64,000 bases of DNA, taken from the IMG/VR virus record IMGVR_UViG_3300005405_000309, one strand, 5' to 3'. The notes beneath the pieces were generated by a model. It was not told the DNA's origin, did no database searches, and worked only from the letters and a program-made list of their open reading frames with translations. A program made the translations under genes and the position numbers. Shown in pieces: positions 60,264-64,000 of the stretch; the first letter of the stretch is position 1, and every line of letters starts with the position of its first letter. The DNA is from an uncultured virus (IMG/VR IMGVR_UViG_3300005405_000309). Lineage: Duplodnaviria; Heunggongvirae; Uroviricota; Caudoviricetes.

Positions 60264-62348
60264 TTAGAGCAGATAATCACTGGGTTTTCCGCAAGAACTC
60301 ACAATAACAGACGTTTTAGCACGGGTTAAGGCAACGTAAAACAGAGATCGCTCTTGCAAATCTTGTTCATCTGTCAAAGCTGCACCCATGGGAACGATCC
60401 CTTTATTTACTCCGGCAATGAAGATGTGCTCAAACTCCAGCCCTTTTACACGATGCATCGTGGCGATTCTAAGCCCCTGTTTTGTACGATCATCAGTGTT
60501 TTGGCGTGGTAACCGATATGTTAACACTCCCAAGTTATTAAGTTGTTGTTCATACTCATGTAATTGTTTTGAGGTACGTGCGACTAAGCAAGAATCTTTC
60601 AAGGCCTCTTTAGGCAGCATCATTATACGTTCTGCAATGCCCTCGACCTCTGCATTTGAATTAATATAATTAAGGATTTCCGGCTTAGTCCCTTTTCTAA
60701 GTGCTATCGTTTCACTTGAAGTATCGAAACCATCATCTAGATCATCAACTGGCAACCCTTCTAACAGACGAATTGCAAACTTCCGTATTTCCTCTGGTGT
60801 TCGGTAACTTAATTTAAGCTTGCGACTTCGCCCACGAATGTTTATTCCACAAATTGACAATGATGTTTTGCGTGGATAAATACGTTGGTGAGAATCTCCT
60901 GCGATCATAAGATTATTCTCATGGTCCAAACCCGCCAAAACCGAAAGGAGCTTTAACGCCTGAATTCCCATATCTTGTGCCTCATCAACGACAACGGATC
61001 GATAAGGAGAACTCCATTCTCCCTTTTCGATGAGCTCACGCACTAATCTCATGGCATCAGCCGGTTCGATGTATCTCTCAGTTCGCAGAATTTCTCTATA
61101 AGCTTGAAAAACACTCCACGCCTCTTGTCTAGCTTTCTCATTTAGAGACTTTCCACGTCCAGCCCTTGAAGCACGAAGATAGTCCTCCAACGTTAAAATC
61201 CCTTGGGCAAGTATAATACGGTCCCATTCTTCACTTAAAAATGAATATGTCAACGACTGATGTACGTTAAGAATTGCTTGTTTCCAAAGTTCTTGTTTCT
61301 TATCATTGTCATATAGCAGCTGCAACGTCGGTTCTAATTTATGCAAAACCCCATTCAGCCATTGATCCAGGTTAACAACATCTAGACGTACAAATGCTTC
61401 TGGCTCAGTAATTTCAGACAGTCGCTCTCTAATATCGGACGCTAAGTTACGACTAAATGTCGTAACTAAAACCCGATCGCTTGATTGTGTATATATTCGT
61501 TCCACAAGCACCTTGGCTCTATGCAATATGACCACGGTTTTCCCCGTTCCCGCTTCCCCTAAAACACGCACTGCCCCGCTCCAATTCTTTTCAACTAATA
61601 CTCGCTGACTTGGATGCAAAAAAACCCTCCACGCTTCAAGGGGAGACCTTAAAGCCTCACGAAAGCTATGATCTCCCCCCGAAACAAACGATTGAAGCGA
61701 CAAGGGATTCGTCGCCGCTGCACTATAGTCCTCCGTATCAACGAGAACTGGCAAACTGTCGTATGAGTGTTCGTTCAATAGTGTTTCCATGGGGGTTCCT
61801 GCGGCCAATCGAAGTAAGGACTCGTAAACAGTTTCAGATAAACTGTAATAAACAGAACTTAACTCGTCGGCTGTCGCGACATTTTTGATCCATAGCAACA
61901 AATCTTCGGGAACCCCAAGTTTAAGAAGAAGTCGGTCATCTTGATTCGCAAAGATCCCTTGTTTAAACGGATCGGGCATCGATTCTGTCTTCTGCGCCTC
62001 AGACAACTTTCCAGAAACCTGAATCGCACCGGTATAGGAATTAACGAGGCAACGGTGATCTCGTGCCCACTCATAGGCAGATTGTTGTAATGATACACAT
62101 AACATAAGATATAGGTTTCCTCTGTCCGGCTTTTTGACCACACCATAGATACTCGATGTTATGCAAACCGCTCGATAATTGTTATCTAGACTCTCCGGAA
62201 TCTTTTCATAGATAATCCCTGAAGCAGTTGGTATTTCCCCAAATTTATAAAGAAATTTCTCAACCACCTTTCGCTCTTTTAATGGCATCGTTTGTACTTG
62301 TTGAATAACGGATCTATGAATTAACGTTTGTGGCACAATAGGATTCAT
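60264..62348 (-). CDS. UvrD/Rep-like SF1 helicase
   Basis: FLHPSQ, GEAGTGKT, VDEAQD, GDSHQRIY, HRVKGLEF and YVALTRA motifs. RBS supports MNPIV. Confidence 0.92.
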   Translation of the reverse strand: MNPIVPQTLIHRSVIQQVQTMPLKERKVVEKFLYKFGEIPTASGIIYEKIPESLDNNYRAVCITSSIYGVVKKPDRGNLYLMLCVSLQQSAYEWARDHRCLVNSYTGAIQVSGKLSEAQKTESMPDPFKQGIFANQDDRLLLKLGVPEDLLLWIKNVATADELSSVYYSLSETVYESLLRLAAGTPMETLLNEHSYDSLPVLVDTEDYSAAATNPLSLQSFVSGGDHSFREALRSPLEAWRVFLHPSQRVLVEKNWSGAVRVLGEAGTGKTVVILHRAKVLVERIYTQSSDRVLVTTFSRNLASDIRERLSEITEPEAFVRLDVVNLDQWLNGVLHKLEPTLQLLYDNDKKQELWKQAILNVHQSLTYSFLSEEWDRIILAQGILTLEDYLRASRAGRGKSLNEKARQEAWSVFQAYREILRTERYIEPADAMRLVRELIEKGEWSSPYRSVVVDEAQDMGIQALKLLSVLAGLDHENNLMIAGDSHQRIYPRKTSLSICGINIRGRSRKLKLSYRTPEEIRKFAIRLLEGLPVDDLDDGFDTSSETIALRKGTKPEILNYINSNAEVEGIAERIMMLPKEALKDSCLVARTSKQLHEYEQQLNNLGVLTYRLPRQNTDDRTKQGLRIATMHRVKGLEFEHIFIAGVNKGIVPMGAALTDEQDLQERSLFYVALTRAKTSVIVSSCGKPSDYLL

Positions 62349-62472
62349 AGATTCACCTCCCCAATAATACGACCATGTTAAAACTAGAAACTTGAGGATT
62401 TTATAGAATAATGGACTACTTGAAAATAACATTTTACGCGGACCGCTTGAATAGCAGTTGGCCAAAAAACAC

Positions 62473-63174
62473 TTAATTTGGCACCGAGGCCATTCCTTTG
62501 ATAACGCCTAACATTAAAGGCCCCCACCAGATCACGAGGTACGAAAGAAACACCGTCCCAATCATACCCCATCCTACCCTTCGCTTCATGGGCCCGCCAC
62601 CCGGGAAAAGTAACACCATGGCTCCCAAAATGAGCATGATATACATATAGGGAGATGAAACATTCCTGAAAAAGGTAACGATGGATACCGCTTTCGCTAA
62701 TACAAGCGCCTCAAACTCTTCCATTGAAACAGATCTAATTTTTATGAGTTCTGGGATATCGTCCGATGAGATGCTTGGGAATGAAGGAAGGTCTAGAGCA
62801 TTATTCGGTACCTTAGGAGTAACCAGAGGAGCGGGATTTACGATAGGTGCCGATACAGCGGGAGTTGGTGTAATTATAGGTGTAGATATCGAATCAGTGG
62901 TTGTATCTGGCGTCACGGTGTTATTTGTCTCCGTTGCATTGGTGCTACCTGCAGGTTCCTTTGTTGTTGGAGTAACTTGGGTATCCGCCGTTGAAGATGT
63001 CGTTTCATTGGATGTTGAGCTGGGTGTTTCATTTGTCGTTGAAGTAGTAACCGTTTCTTGCTTTACCGTTGTAAATTCCACAGTCGTGTTAGGTGTTTTT
63101 GTGTCTGCCAAAACAGTACCCGTCCAACATAAGAACATGATAAGAATGGGCAAAAAAACTAACTTTAACCTCAC
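62473..63174 (-). CDS. Exported membrane protein with Thr/Pro-rich linker and pilin (VirB2/TrbC)-like C-terminus
   Basis: Signal peptide, low-complexity linker and two C-terminal TM helices. The pilin call is inference. Confidence 0.5.
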   Translation of the reverse strand: MRLKLVFLPILIMFLCWTGTVLADTKTPNTTVEFTTVKQETVTTSTTNETPSSTSNETTSSTADTQVTPTTKEPAGSTNATETNNTVTPDTTTDSISTPIITPTPAVSAPIVNPAPLVTPKVPNNALDLPSFPSISSDDIPELIKIRSVSMEEFEALVLAKAVSIVTFFRNVSSPYMYIMLILGAMVLLFPGGGPMKRRVGWGMIGTVFLSYLVIWWGPLMLGVIKGMASVPN

Positions 63175-63220
63175 AAGTGAGCCCCCCTTTCAAAATTAAT
63201 GGCACAATGTTCAATTATTA

Positions 63221-64000
63221 TTAAATTCTTGGGGGTGGAACGATCGTAACAGGATTCGTTGCGATACCATTAAGCCGTAGTTCAAAATGTAGATGCGGTC
63301 CTGTGCTACGCCCCTCCGATCCGACAGGAGCGATGGATTGCCCAACAGACACATGTTGTCCTACACGTACATAAGATTGAGACATGTGTCCATAAAACGA
63401 TGTTTGTCCATTGCCATGGTCAATCGTAATGCTTGTCCCATAAATCGAGTCGCTAGAGACTATACTCGTTATCGTCCCGTCCTTTGTGGCAACGATATCT
63501 GCACCTAATGGAGCGGCTATGTCGATACCCGTATGGTAAGAATTCGTTTGCCCAGTAACAGGATGTGTCCTAGTCCCAAATGGATCTGTTATTTGGAAAT
63601 ATCCTGGCACAGGCCATGTGAAACCCTGTGGATTTGTTTCCATCCATCCGGAATATTTACCATAAAAATACATACGCCCTACCACTAAATTCACATATTC
63701 CGAGCTATGGTTATATCCGAAGACAGCCTGTTGTATCCCACTTATTGATCCCATTGCAGCCCCTTGTTGGGACAGCATATTGGCTGCACCCATGATCGAT
63801 TTTTTAACATCCCAAATATCTGTACTCGAGTAGCCTAATTCTCCTCCATAAGCCAACCAGCTGGATGGTAAAAATTGCATAGGTCCTTGCGCCCCGGCAG
63901 AGGACGTATTGCCCATAGGATAAGTAGCAAATGAGGATTCTGTATAACATATCGCCATTAGAAGCGCTTCAAATTGATCAACATCGGTAGCCCCATGAAA
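63221..64000 (-). CDS. Lytic transglycosylase plus M23 peptidase (VirB1-like); 5' end outside the window
   Basis: TES, GAQGPMQF, YNHS; HTGID and STGPHLHFE. Confidence 0.9.
   Translation of the reverse strand, partial: FHGATDVDQFEALLMAICYTESSFATYPMGNTSSAGAQGPMQFLPSSWLAYGGELGYSSTDIWDVKKSIMGAANMLSQQGAAMGSISGIQQAVFGYNHSSEYVNLVVGRMYFYGKYSGWMETNPQGFTWPVPGYFQITDPFGTRTHPVTGQTNSYHTGIDIAAPLGADIVATKDGTITSIVSSDSIYGTSITIDHGNGQTSFYGHMSQSYVRVGQHVSVGQSIAPVGSEGRSTGPHLHFELRLNGIATNPVTIVPPPRI

Noticed and set aside
62681..63199. Long plus-strand ORFs (e.g. 62681, 39765, 58623, 20222)
   Set aside because: Antisense shadows of well-supported minus-strand genes, with no recognisable motifs.

Overview
AT-rich (~40% GC by eye) Bacillota/Clostridia-like segment with almost all real genes on the minus strand. 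It reads as the accessory or 'establishment' region of a large conjugative plasmid or ICE (inference). The right edge has a lytic transglycosylase-M23 gene and a pilin-like membrane protein. Moving left are a UvrD-like helicase, a MoxR/RavA-VWA pair, a GAF-GGDEF cyclase, a ThiF/E2/JAB ubiquitin-like cassette, copies of dnaN, ligA and clpX, four DNA methyltransferases, an IscB/omegaRNA element and many small phage-like genes. Two non-coding systems stand out. (1) A ~210-260 nt structured leader (extended -10 promoter, conserved hairpins, long intrinsic terminator) occurs five times, each time at the head of an operon. (2) A family of ISL3-type ends delimits one intact transposon with passenger genes and two transposase-free gene cassettes, each with a perfect 8-bp target-site duplication; broken copies and orphan ends are also present. 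Several unrelated proteins carry terminal beta-clamp-binding-like motifs in a region that encodes its own clamp. No rRNA, tRNA or CRISPR array was found. Product calls come from motif recognition only; no database searches were run.
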